Below, piece by piece: positions 1 through 12,564 of a stretch of DNA of 64,000 nucleotides; the stretch's first letter is position 1; the number at the start of each line of letters is the position of its first letter. Position numbers and translations under genes: made by a program. Location: contig CT868668.1 of NCBI GenBank assembly GCA_000165425.1, forward strand, positions 124,001 through 188,000. Reading direction: 5' to 3'. The stretch comes from Paramecium tetraurelia (taxonomy: Eukaryota). The notes under the pieces were generated by a model. That model was not told the origin of the DNA and did not search any database. It was given only the letters and a program-made list of their open reading frames with translations.

Positions 1-511
1 AGGAGGAAATCACAATTATAGAATTCCAAACTCTTGATGGTCCTGATTATTAAATCAGAGTAATAGAATATATTAATTAGATTAATGAAAACACAAAAAG
101 GAAATTCGGCTAAGTGAAACTCTTAAATAATGAAGAGCGTTTTGTGAAAATCGATGATGAGGCTTAGAAATTTAAAACAACAGTTTATAAAAACCTTTAA
201 AAGTTCATAGATGCTCATAGTTCAGATGATGATAATTAAAATCACGAAAAATTACCCTAACTTTCAAATAAATTATAAGGTAATATTGTTAATGTAAGTT
301 AGATATAATTGAAGAAAGAGATTATCTAATATTTAAATCACTTAAAAGAAAAGACCTATTTGACTTAGCATGTTTGGCTGAATTTTTAGTATATAAAATT
401 CTAGCTGATTTAGTGATGAAAATAATACTCTTTCATTTAGCTGGTACATTTATATATTTATCAAAAGGGAAAAATAAAGTAGAGATAGATGAATGGTTAA
501 ATAAAGAGTGA
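1..511 (+). CDS. Divergent Skp1-like protein (5'-partial, 2 introns)
   Basis: Code-6 frame ends ...KDLFDLACLAEFLVYKILADLVMKIILFHLAGKNKVEIDEWLNKE-TGA, resembling the Skp1 segment [37 protein letters not shown]. Introns gtaatattgttaatgtaagtttag and gtacatttatatattttatcaaaag. Confidence 0.65.
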
Positions 512-680
512 ATATATAAATATATATAAATTTAAAATCATAAAAAGTAAGTCACTGCAAATCAGAGGCAATATAATTTTAAAATATATCACTGCCTAAT
601 CGAATCTAACAAACTTTAATAGAGTTTTATATAAATTAAGAAATGAATAAATTGTTCATTAATTTCAAAACTTTAAAGCT

Positions 681-906
681 TCATGGATCTATAAGAATTG
701 AAATTATGACCCCAACAACATACAAGATTATTAAGATGATGGAAACAATTCTTATAATAAAAGTGCTTTTATCTGTTTGAAATTCTTTTTTGTCTAATTT
801 AATGCAATTATGATATACTATCTTCATATTATAAAAGCTCATTTTCATCATTTTCATATTGATTGTTAATTTTGATACTTCTTTAACTTTCCTTGTTATC
901 ATTCAT
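681..906 (-). CDS. Small tail-anchored membrane protein (~66 aa, one 25-nt intron)
   Basis: MNDNKESQRSIKINNQYENDENELLQYED/NKKEFQTDKSTFIIRIVSIILIILYVVGVIISILIDP-TGA after removing gtatatcataattgcattaaattag. Confidence 0.6.
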
Positions 907-961
907 AATATAAATTAGCTATAAATATAATTAGTTATTTTAATTGATAATTGAATATAAA

Positions 962-1276
962 TCAATCCAGACACATCCAAACTATTACACCTATGCAAAG
1001 AGCTGTGGTTAAAGTTATTAAGAAAAACACTAGAAAGTTGCTAGGTCTGTATCCAGAACTTTATGTTTAGTCAATTACTATTAATCTTCCTGCTCCATCA
1101 GGGTATTATTGTTATAAATACATTTAATTGGTCACATCTTATGATAGGTATTACTATTATTATTATTATTATTATTATTAATATTATTATTAATATTGAT
1201 ATTGTTATTATTAGTAATTCTATTAATTATTATTTTGCATAGTTATAGGGTACTAATCTTACATTTACACATACAT
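962..1276 (-). CDS. Small poly-Gln protein with C-terminal hydrophobic helix (104 aa)
   Basis: Uninterrupted code-6 ORF MYVQMQDQYP...QQQQQQQQQQYLSQ...RPSNFLVFFLITLTTALCIGVIVWMCLD-TGA. Confidence 0.65.
1150..1215. repeat. (TTA)n/(TAA)n microsatellite encoding the poly-Gln tract
   Basis: tattattattattatt... run that reads TAA TAA TAA (Gln) on the minus strand. Confidence 0.85.
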
Positions 1277-2158
1277 ATAATTGTCTTATTAATTTTAATT
1301 CATAATAAATTAATTATATTAATAAAATTATGATTTAATAATTTTAGAATTTTAATCTTATATTGATTTTATTAATACAAAAATTATTATATATTGTCTA
1401 ATCCGTATTTACAATTTATTTATTGGTGCCTATAATTTTAAATTTCTCCAATTATTTAAGGTCATCTGATATATTTTATGTATGAGAATATACAAGAAAG
1501 TCTATTAGTTTAAGTTTTGAAATAAATTTTGTACATGATAAAGATTTAATCTATAACGCTCTTTAAGTTTTACTATATATAGATTAACACTTGCAAAATA
1601 TATAAATTTTTCTTGATTTATGTTAAAATTTTGTTATGATTTAGTTTCTAAACTTGAGAGGAGGTATTTAATTAAGGTTTTTTTCGATTGCTAAATTGGT
1701 TAATCACTGAATTCAGATAACGTCGAAATTAGAAATTGTGAAATGAGATTCAGTATTATTTTTTAGACTTCCATTTCAATTCAAAATTTAAGAATAATCT
1801 AAAAAGATAATATAAAGCTAAGAGTTAATCTTCATTTGAAACCCAAAACTATTTTCAAAAATATCAACAAATTTCTGCATGAATTTGTATTTATTTTGAT
1901 CATGATGGAGTTTATTCATAGAATAAAAATTAGTTTACTATTAAATCCAAGTCATCCTCATATAAGGTTATATTCTTTTCATGTCAAATCCTTGGTAATG
2001 ATGTGGGCATTAAATAATATAAAACCAAAGCTAAATATAATATTTTACAAAGATTTACTTATCATTGAATACCAATAGCAATAACACAATAAGGAGGAAT
2101 ATACTTGGGCATTAAGAAAATAAAGTGTTTGATTGAAAATTATATAAATAATTATTAA

Positions 2159-4672
2159 ATGAATTAGCCTAAGAATACTAGATTCATAACTTTTACAATA
2201 CCGTATGCCTAAAGTCAAGACCCATAGTTTCCTCCGTCAAATTTATTAGAAATATCGTCAACTCCTTTGGGTTGGCAAAGTTGTAGGTTTTGCCAATATC
2301 CATAAGAATTAATATTTCAATTCCAATCTGCCATAACTGTTTATAAAATGTAAATTCTATCTCACGAAAAGAAAATACCAACAAAGATAGAGGTTTTTAT
2401 TGGAAGACTGTAGGGTAGAATGGATTTAGAAAATGCAAGTTTTAAAAAGATTGGCTATTTTACATTTCATTCCAAAGAACAATCAAACTGGTAAGCCAGA
2501 GAGCTCAAAACAGTATCAATCGATGAATCTAATTGCAACTATCTAAAACTATTGGTGCATCGTAATCATGAGAATAAGTTTAATCCATTTAATCAAGTTG
2601 GTATTGTTGCAATCAGAATTTATGGAGAGAAGGCAGAACTTCCTCCACCCAAAAAAGCAAATAAGGTTTAAGATAAGGTCTTGGATGAATTATACAATCC
2701 CCAATAAGATAAACTGATTGACACTAAATTGCTGGCTCATATTATTGCACTTGAACATGTAAAGTATTTCTTAATATGAGAGTCCAAAGATTATGCAATC
2801 AAGTAGGAAAACTATTAGGAAGCCAAAAAACTCAAGAACAGAATTACTTAACTAAGGTCTTTAGGAGTCTAATTGAGAGATCTGGAAGAGAGAAAAAAGG
2901 AAGTGCTTTAAAATGAGGATTATGATTAGGCTGAAGCAATCAAAGAGTAAATTCATAAATTGAAAATTGAAAATGGACTTGTAGATGAACAAGGGAATGA
3001 ATATAAGCCAAATATTGATAAGATCAGACAATAGGAATTGGGAGAGTAGATAGACAATTAGGAAGATAGAAGAAATTCAAAACCATCAATCAAATAAATA
3101 GATAATAATAAGATAATTGAGGATAGTTTTGATAGAATGCCACAGGATGAATAAACATATTTAATGGAATAATTAAATAATAACAATAATAACATTACTC
3201 ATATTACAAATAATCAAAATGAAAATGCAAATACAAGTTATTAATAACCTGTCTCTTTTGATTAACAACTTAAAAATGATAAACTGTTAAATTATGATGA
3301 AATGGTAATTCCAGCTCTAAAGAACAAACAAAACAATAATACTTAGATTTTGGAAGAGTACTCAGAAGTGGATAAAAGTAAATAACAAATTGAAGAATTG
3401 AGTTCTGAAAATTAGAAATAAGTTGAAGCTATCAAGCCCTATTATGGAATTGATTTCTGTAAGAATTACTTCTCTAAGAATTGGGCCCGTAGAGAGGAAG
3501 GAATTAGATGGTTAATTGAATAATTTAACAATCCCACTCAGATTAATTTATCAAATATTGATGGAGCCTTTTAAGCTACCTTATTATTGATCTACAAAGG
3601 CATTCAAGATAAAGCAGATAAAGTAGTTTATGCAAGTCTATAACTAATGTAATAGACCCTACTGAAATTGAAGCCAAACAAATTAAATGATGAAAGCCCT
3701 ATAATTTTAGATAATATTGTACTGGTAATTATACTCATAAAATTAGATTCTCATGGAAAAAATGGGTGACATTAATGAGAGACACAAAGAAGAGTGCAAA
3801 AAGATTTTACTAACTTTAGCAGAAACCTAGATAATGGGTAGTGCTGGAGTAATCAATCATTTAGTAAAAGGAATTACAACAAAACCAAATTTATAATTAT
3901 CATCAGTCAGACACATTTAGGCCAGATTAATGCTCATTTACAATTTAATCTAAAAATATAAGATTAATAATGAAAGAGTTCCTTATAATCCTGTTATGGA
4001 TGTTGCTCTTAAATATTTAGATCACTCTGCTGAATAGGTTAGAACTTGTGCCATTTATATAATAACTGAGATTTATAAAAATTAAGGAGACAAGGTTAGA
4101 GAAAGCATAAAAGGAATTAGACCTGCACAATAGCAAATTCTAGAAGAATTATTCTATAAAATAGACAATGGGGGTAATGTTCAAACATCCTTTGAATAAG
4201 AAAAGAAACCTTAACCAAAGAAGAAATAATAACAAAATAATCCTGATTAAGTTTTTTAGCAAATTACATAAGCTTGTGAATTTTGTGGTATTGAAAATAA
4301 GGAATTCATCTAAAGTTAAAAACTTGATATGCATTTGTGGAAGGAATGTGTCATGCTTACAACTTGCTTATCATGTGCTTAAGTTGTTGAAGTTTCACAA
4401 TTAACTAATCATCATTTTGAAGAATGTGAATTTGCTAAAAATTATAGATAATGTGAAACGTAATTTATTATTTAGTATGCTTTAGTTGTGGTTGTGCAGT
4501 ACTCGAAAGTCAATTGGCTGAACATTAAAATAAAAAGATATGTAATTCATCACCTGGTGATACCTGTCCATTATGTTATAAAGCTATTGGATTAAACTGG
4601 AAAATTCATTTAGCAATTTGCGAGCAGTAAGAAAGAAATAAACAATAGCCTGCTCCTTAAGAAAAAAAATGA
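2159..4672 (+). CDS. CEP104: Centrosomal/ciliary-tip protein CEP104 homolog (jelly-roll domain, coiled coil, TOG, Zn fingers)
   Basis: GWQSCRFCQYPQELIFQF, ARELKTVSID and NHENKFNPFNQVGIVAIRIYG match the CEP104 N-domain. Also FSKNWARREEG (TOG) and CEFCG..LDMHLWKECVMLTTC (Zn fingers). Three short introns. Confidence 0.9.
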
Positions 4673-5286
4673 TTATTTTTAAATTTTTATGATATTAGAA
4701 TACTTGTTTAATCTTTCTAACCAATTATTATTATTTTAGTTTAAAATCTGATGATAATTAATTATATGTACTCTTAAGTGTTTATTTGATGATCTCATAT
4801 TAATTCATTAAAATAAAGTTATAAATTATTTAATATTATTTTATATATTTTTGGATTTTTAGTAATTTTTTCAATTAAGGTGCTAATACAATGTTAAATA
4901 CCCTAAAGAATAAAAGGTTTGATGGTCTGATTTAATAATTTGATTTTTCTCTTATGTTAAGATGTTTTACATTAATTTTTCTCATTATGAGATTTATCAG
5001 AAAATAAAAATTCTCACCAATATAAGATTATAAATAATAACCAATTTATTGGGAGTTATAATCACCAGTTTTATGCTATTATGCAGGTTTAGAATTTTTA
5101 ATCTCATTACAAATATTTTTCAGGCAGAATCTAAATTTATTTTCTTAATTAGAATATTAATGAAAGAGGATCATTTTATTAATATCTTTTTATTTAAAAT
5201 ATTTTCAGAACGATAAAAATACTTTAGATATAAATTATACCTTAATAAATAGATGTAGTATAGATGAAGGATAATGTATAATAAAT

Positions 5287-5760
5287 TCAAGCTAATTAAT
5301 TTTAGTAATGGATTAATTTAACAATGACACTTAAATCACTTCCCCATCTTACTGACTTTTAACTTTTTTATGAGCTTCCTTATTTCGAGTTTAGTGATTT
5401 AAGTGATGATTTGATTGGCTGATTAGAATTGGAGAAATTTTCTATTTTAATTTTTTGAGAAGTAGTCCTGCTTCGATTGTCATCTTTGGGTGATTTCTCT
5501 TAGAAAAAACTTAGAGTTCTTCGGCTTACTTTGATCTAAGGAATAAATTGATTGGGCTCAATCAGATCTAGACTAATGAATGGTAACTATGTGATCAGGG
5601 GTTAAGATTGTAATTTATATATTGATTCATTCTGTTCTTGCTTGTAAGTCTCGTTAAAAATGGCTCTATTCTTTGTAGACATTATAGTTTAATGGCCAAT
5701 ATATTCATCACAAACTTCAGTAGTTAAAGTGAGTTATTGAGCTTTACATAAATTTCCCAT
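5287..5760 (-). CDS. 157-aa putative acylated PP1-docking protein (MGNLC start; KSSLK and KSVRW motifs)
   Basis: Single-exon code-6 ORF MGNLCKAQ...PIKSSLKSLNSKQGSSQKSQKSVRWGSDL...LA-TGA. Confidence 0.75.
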
Positions 5761-5779
5761 TTTAATAAATTAATTATAA

Positions 5780-7708
5780 TCAAAGTAATTTTTTCAATTT
5801 GGCATATTATTCTATAAGGAGACTGAGCTCATTTCTATTCGGCAAATCATAGATTTTAGGCTCTTTCAAATTAAGTGCTGTTTCATGTATTTTCTAAATA
5901 GGAATAAAGATATACACGCTTTTAATCTTTTTCTAAGTATGTATGCGAAATGTACTCCATCCAAAGTACCCTTTGCTTTTTGTTGTATTCATCGATCACT
6001 TAATTCATTATAGGTCTACAAGTAAATGAGATTATCTTACACATCAATGACAACTTGCTGTTTTTCAAAGAAGAATTGGTTTTCTCTTTACCTTTTTAAA
6101 TCATAAATGATATCAGCGATATTTTCTTTGATTAATTTCCAAAATTTGTCTCTAAATAACCTCTTCTTTGTTTTGAGAAGACGAAATTTTCTTTAAATGA
6201 ATATAACTAAAATAAATGATGAACTGTACCTTTATTAAGAGTACTTTAGTGTTTATTGAGGATTGTTAGAAAAAGGAGAATTCTATCCATAAATTTAGTA
6301 ATGACAAATTCAGCTTTTTATTTAGTTTTAGATCTAATAATACTGGCAAATTTGTTTATGACACATCTGCATTTGAAAATGGTCCTCTCTTTTGCATTGT
6401 CACCATACTCTTTAACATCTATCAAAGCTTTCGTTTTGATTGCCCATACCAATAGCTTTCCTTTTGCTACAATCTTTTACTTTCTTCTTTGCTCCTGTAA
6501 ACAAGCGTATACATATTCAGAAATAACGAACAAACTAAATATTTGAATCCAGTTCTTTTATGCGAATTCAATCATAGCCTTCTTCTGCTTAATTTACTTT
6601 TCTATCTCTCTAAATTGAATTATCTAATCCTTCACTAATAATTTTGATATTTTGTCTAATTATTTGTCCTCAATAAGAGATTATCGCATGGATTTGGCCA
6701 TTTTTTACTTTTATAATCTTTCTGATTATACTGAGAGTATTTTATTCAATCTATGACTAACTTGATGGTGTGCCACAGACAGATTTCCCAATATCTTATC
6801 TTTTGGTTGAGGTTTGAGTGTTTAAGGGAAATTATCTTGAATTAATTCAGAGGGTTCGAGTTATTATTTGACAGGGGATTTAATGATTTATGAGTTGCCA
6901 AATGAAAAGTTGATGGAGAATTCGAAATCTACTTCAGAATAGAGTGTAATAAATAAATATTCTTCACTAAAATAATGCTGATTTTTTTCAGAAAAGATTT
7001 TGGCAAAGCGAGAGTGTATTATGTATTCAGCATTGAATTTAGTGGGAAACTCTGCTTTTGTCGATAGGAATATTTTTAGAGAGGATGTTTGAACTCTATC
7101 TGGAACATTGAAAAAGACATGTATAGGAGACACTTTGCCTCGTAATTTCATTCTAAAGTAATTGAATTTGAATCGAGTTATTTTGATTCGATTTTAGTCT
7201 CCGTGCATCAGATCCGATTATATTAGGCTATCATGAGTTTGAATTAATTAATTTTTGCTTTTGCGTTTAACCTCCAAATACTAATTCGTCTAATAAGAAA
7301 TAGGTTCTAACTTCTCTAATTAATTGATAGACCTGTAATTTTTTTCAAATTCACTATAAACTTCAATGATTTCTTCGTCGAGTTACATAAGTTTCGAACT
7401 AATGTCCCCTAAGTTTATACGATTTCTGTTTTTAGATTAGGTTGTTGTGCATTCAATGGAATACATCGAGGAATTGGCAGATTGCGATTAATTTATATTG
7501 TAGTTCAGAACCCGATTCAATTCTTATTGTTTAGGACTAATTTCTTTAAAGCTATGAATGTTTTGGTTTGATGTTAGCAAAAAGGTGGATGAGGATCTAG
7601 AGCGAATAAAAATCTTAATTACTTTCTAACTGGACTGACAATACTCAGATGCGATTTATTTATCGATGCTCTTTATTCGTTGTTTTTTATTATCATATTA
7701 TTAATCAT
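5780..7708 (-). CDS. Hypothetical ciliate protein (~600 aa, basic coiled-coil C-terminal half, several introns)
   Basis: Long code-6 frame with short GT-AG introns. Includes the track ORF 6888..7151. Ends YDLPNRNELSLLIEQYAKLKKLL-TGA. Start ATG could be 7708 or 7696. Confidence 0.7.
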
Positions 7709-8077
7709 AATTTTATAAAATAAGAAATTCAAAGATAGCAAATGAATCAAACTTGTCATCTATCTATGGATATCGCTGATTAATTAAATTAATAATAATG
7801 AATGAGGATATCTAGAGTTTTATATAGGGAGATAAAAGTCAATGCTATTCAAATATATGAGAATTATGAATTAAACAATTTTGAATAAATCTTATACCAT
7901 TATAAAGAGATATTATTTTATTTAAAGTTATTCATATAAAAATTATTGAAATTGTTGGATTTTATAATTATTAATTGAGTAAATGAAGATAGTTATCTGT
8001 AATTGATATAGATATAGTGTGGATCATCAATACAATTAATTAGGCAATTAATATTTATTAATATATATAATTCAAAA

Positions 8078-9922
8078 ATGAAAAAGAGAGATCTCAAACT
8101 AGTTTTAATTGGAGATAGTAAGAAATTGATTAATCTTAGGTGGTGTCGGGAAATCATCATTTGTTTCAGCATTAATAAATTAAATACAAAACAAAGCATC
8201 TGTTTTAGATAAACATCCACCAATCAATTTACCTCCTGATATGCTCAACCACCCTGAATGTATAACTACTCTAATCGATACAAAATGTGCTCCTCATTAA
8301 TTACCCCAGGAGATTTAGATAGCTGATGTGATTCTCCTAATGTATGCAATTGATGATGACGGATCGAGTGAAAGATTGAAAAGATTTTGGTTGAAAGAAT
8401 TAAGAGACAAAGAATACAAATAGCCTGTAATAATAGTAGGAAACAAACTTGATTTATTGGGTTTGGAAGAGGATCGAGATTATCATAGGATCTTCAAGGT
8501 AATCAAACAATTAGTGAAGGATTTCAACGTATTAAATTGAATTAATATAGTCAGTTGAAATGGGAATCGAGTGTTCATCCATAAAACAATAAGGCATCTA
8601 TGATGTGATAAATTGTGCTTAAAGATCATTCCTCTATCCATTAGCTCCTATTTACAGCATAGCAGACAAGGCATTAACAGAAGGATTTAAAAAGGCATTG
8701 ACTAGGATATTTAGGATTTGCGATAGGGATGGAGATGGAGTATGGAGTGATACAGAACTGGAAAAATTCTAAAAGAAAGTGTTTAAGAGATAATTAGATT
8801 ATAGTGACATTGCTGGGATAAAAGACATGATAGAAGAGGAATTGCATGATAACTCAAACAAAACAGTCATTACTTTAGAAGGATTTATAGCATTGCAAAA
8901 AAGAGGGATAGAATTAATGAAGATTCAAATCTGTTGGACTATACTACGCTTTTTTAGGTACAAAGATGATTTGACTTTGGATGAGAATATTTTCACAAAT
9001 GAGTATGAATTTAAATGGAAATTAGATTAATATTTGATTACGATGCAGGTCAAACTGTTGAATTGAGTGAGATTGCCTTATCTAAATTGAAATAGATATT
9101 TGAAATCAGATGCAATTCCAGGTTTTAATAAGGAAATACTCTAACTCAGTAACAATTTGATGATATATTTTACCCAGTGATGTGTAAAACTAATTTTCCT
9201 CATCTTTGTCAATATTATCCTTAGGAATAAAATGTTATCACTTTAGCTCAATGGTTGGCAATGTGGAAGTATTCAAATCATGATATCCAAGTGCCTTTTC
9301 CTTCTTTAATTACAAAGAAGCCTACAAGTTGTTGTGTTATATTGGAATTGAAATGAAATTATCAGACACCTTTAAGGAATAAAATAGGAAGGATTCTTGG
9401 GTTTCCGTTTAAAAGAATATTGATAGAAAGGTGTTCCATATTGCCATTGTCACCAGAAAGAAGGTTGTATACTCTTCCTTATCTCTTAGGGTTAATTTGA
9501 GTAATGGTTTTGTAATCAGCCCCTCATTATCACATCTATTCAAAGTAAAACATACGCTATTAGTTTGTATGATGAATTGGAGGCTGAATAATAAATTGAA
9601 AAAAGACAACTAAGCATTATAGACTTTTTACTTATAGAAAAAAATTGTCACTTTTAAACTGCCCAACTTATTCCTAATTTGCTCTATGATGATTAATAGA
9701 ATTTCTGGACCTAAATTGTTAAGGTTACAGAGATCTTACATAAAAAGTATTCACTTTCATTATACTTATAGTCCATTTGGTTATTCTAACTCTCAAATGT
9801 AATAATTGAAAAAACAAAATAGCCTGTCTATTGTTGAATTAGCTAGCGTAATAACACTCCTGACATTTATATTGACAGGAGGATACTTTTTAGGTAAAAA
9901 GGTATTGTAAAAGAATAAATGA
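8078..9922 (+). CDS. MIRO: Mitochondrial Rho GTPase (Miro) with EF-hands and C-terminal anchor
   Basis: LKLVLIGDSGVGKSS P-loop, IIVGNKLD, GIECSS, ALTRIFRICDRDGDGVWSDTEL (EF-hand), WTILRFFRYKDDLTL and a terminal TM segment. Five tiny introns. Confidence 0.92.
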
Positions 9923-10108
9923 ATTAATAAAATAATTACGATGATATATAAATGCTTTTGTAATTACCTATCTACATTTAATTGCTTTTATGTTTTCTTA
10001 TTAATTGTTATTATTTTTAAGCTAAGTCGATGTCTTAATTTAGTTTAACTTTTATATATCAAAGATATAAAAAGTTTATTAATTATTAATTTTAAATAGG
10101 ACAATTAA

Positions 10109-12507
10109 ATGAAACCAAGAGATAAGGAAGGTTCAAATGAAAATCTAAGAGTCGTTATTAGAGTTAGGCCTCCAATGGCCAGAGAAATCAAGGACGGCAA
10201 ATTTATATCCACTGTATCTCAATCTCTTATCTAACCCAAGGTTTAAGCAGCACCGGATAATCAATAGCTTTGCATCTTTGATTATCACGCTATCGAGTTG
10301 GTTCCAGATGAGGACTTAGAGGCTTTCGTTTAAAATCCAGCCAATTACACCATCCATTAGTTCACATTTGATTATGTTTATGATTAAGAGAGCACTTAAG
10401 TGGAAGTCTATGAGACTACTGCAGCATTGTCAGTCGATTCTACACTCTAAGTACAGTATGGAATTGCTATCGAAGGGATATAACTCCACGATTATTGCTT
10501 ATGGTCAGACAGGAACAGGAAAAACCTACACAATGCATGGATTTTCATTCACTCCAAACTCTGATTAATTAGGAATAATACCTCGATCTCTCCATAGCAT
10601 TTTCACCCATATTCAAATGAAGTCTAATTCTAGCACTACATTCATGGTGAGAGCATCATATTTATAAATTTATAATGAATCTATCAGCGATCTCTTGAGA
10701 CCTGATCATCAATAATTGAATATAAGAGAAGATAAGAAGAGAGGGGTCTTTGTAGAGAATTTATCAGAATGGGCAGTACGGTCTCCACCTGAAATCTATT
10801 AATTGATGCGAAGAGGTAATTCTAAAAGAGTTACTGCGAGCACAAGAATGAACGATACATCATCTCGAAGTCATGCAGTCTTCATAATAACAGTGGAACA
10901 AATCGAAGAAACCCCAGATGGCAAAAGAGCAAAGGTTGGAAAATTGAACTTAGTCGATCTGGCAGGTAGTGAGAGAGTGAGAGTGACTGGAGCAACTGGT
11001 ATTCGTTTGGAAGAATCTAAAAAGATCAACCAATCACTTTCTGCCTTAGGAAATGTTATAGCTGCATTAACAGAATTGAAATAACCAAAATCACATATTC
11101 CATATAGAGACTCAAAAATAACAAGATTATTAGAAGACTCATTAGGAGGAAATTGTAAAACCACCTTTATGGCAATGATATCTCCAGCCATTGATGCATT
11201 CAGCGAATCTCTATCCACTTTAAAGTTTGCCAACAGAGCCAAAAATATTAAAAATACGCCCATGGTTAATCAGGATTAAGATCAAGGGGCCTTACTCAGA
11301 AAGTATTAATTAGAAATACAAAAACTCAAATAAGAATTAGATGAAAGGAGTAATTTTCCTCTTGATAATATGGTCTCAGAATTGGAAAGAGAAAGACAAA
11401 AAGCCTTGGAAGACAAATAAGAGGTCCAAAGTGCATATGAGTAAAAAAACAAGGACTTAGATTAAGAGAGGTAATTGAGAAAGTAATTGGAAGAGAAAAT
11501 CTCGGCTTTGAATTCTTAAATGCTTGTTGGAGGTTAAAAAATTGAAGAAACTCCTTAGTTTTAGAATGCTTTAGAAAAACAATAGAAATTGATTAGATAA
11601 CAATACTAAGAGAAATTACAAGAACTAGAAAAAGAGAGATAAAGCATTGAAGAAGATAAAGCCTAGACAGACAAATACAAATAATTGTTACTAAAGTAAA
11701 GAGATATCATGATTGCTTTGACTAATAGACTTAATGAAAGGGATGATACCATTCTACAATTATAAGAAGAACTAGATGCCTATGAAAAACTTCAAAAAGA
11801 ATTAGAAGATATCATTTAAACTAAATAATCAAGGGTTGAATAATTAGAAGATATTATAAATAAAAATAATTTAGAAGTTCCTAGTAACTTTATTGTCAAT
11901 TCCAATCAAAACACAATTAATAACAAACAATAATTACTTCTAGCTGAAATGCCATCTTCCAAAATGTTATTAATTGCTGATCCTTCTTCAAATAGTTATA
12001 TTCAAACTTTACCTTAATAATCCACTCTTCATCACTAATCAGATGCAGTATCTTAATATGAATTGAAAAATTAAATTGAAATCAACACTAAACTACAATT
12101 AGACTTGAAAATAAGCAGAATGGAATAGGAGAGATACAAAAAAGAAGTGTCTTCTCTTCAAAATCAGATATAAAAATATGAGAATGATAATACAATTGAT
12201 TAAGCAAAAAGTATCATATCCTTATATTTTAGAATCTGTTGATACCATTGTCCTCCAATTATCAAAACCAGCTAATGGAAATTCTTTATCTCTGGTTGCT
12301 TAAGAATTGCAAAAACTATAAAATATACTAACTGAGAAAGAAGGATCACCTAAGAAACCAGTTCAAAAAGTTTAATAGGAATCGCCCAATCCGAAAAATC
12401 AAGAAATCATAAACAAACTGATTTCAAGGCCTTCTAAATCAAGTAATCTGCTTATTCCTTAATAAAAAAAGATAAAGTAAAGATCAGATGATGAATTATG
12501 GAATTGA
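10109..12507 (+). CDS. Kinesin with N-terminal motor domain and coiled-coil stalk
   Basis: [21 protein letters not shown] (P-loop), [43 protein letters not shown]. Three introns. Confidence 0.95.
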
Positions 12508-12564
12508 ATTAATTTAAATCATCTTAGTTATTGTAATTATATTAATTTAATCAAGTACTCTATT

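Noticed and set aside
1290..2150. Long spacer with open code-6 stretches on both strands
   Set aside because: No convincing start, intron or homology pattern. It could be a decayed gene but this cannot be supported from sequence alone.
10871..11263. 130-aa antisense ORF in the track, and similar ones (20872, 30430, 32266, 39892, 48395, 49700, 55144, 60387)
   Set aside because: These are shadow ORFs opposite well-supported genes, with no recognisable motifs.
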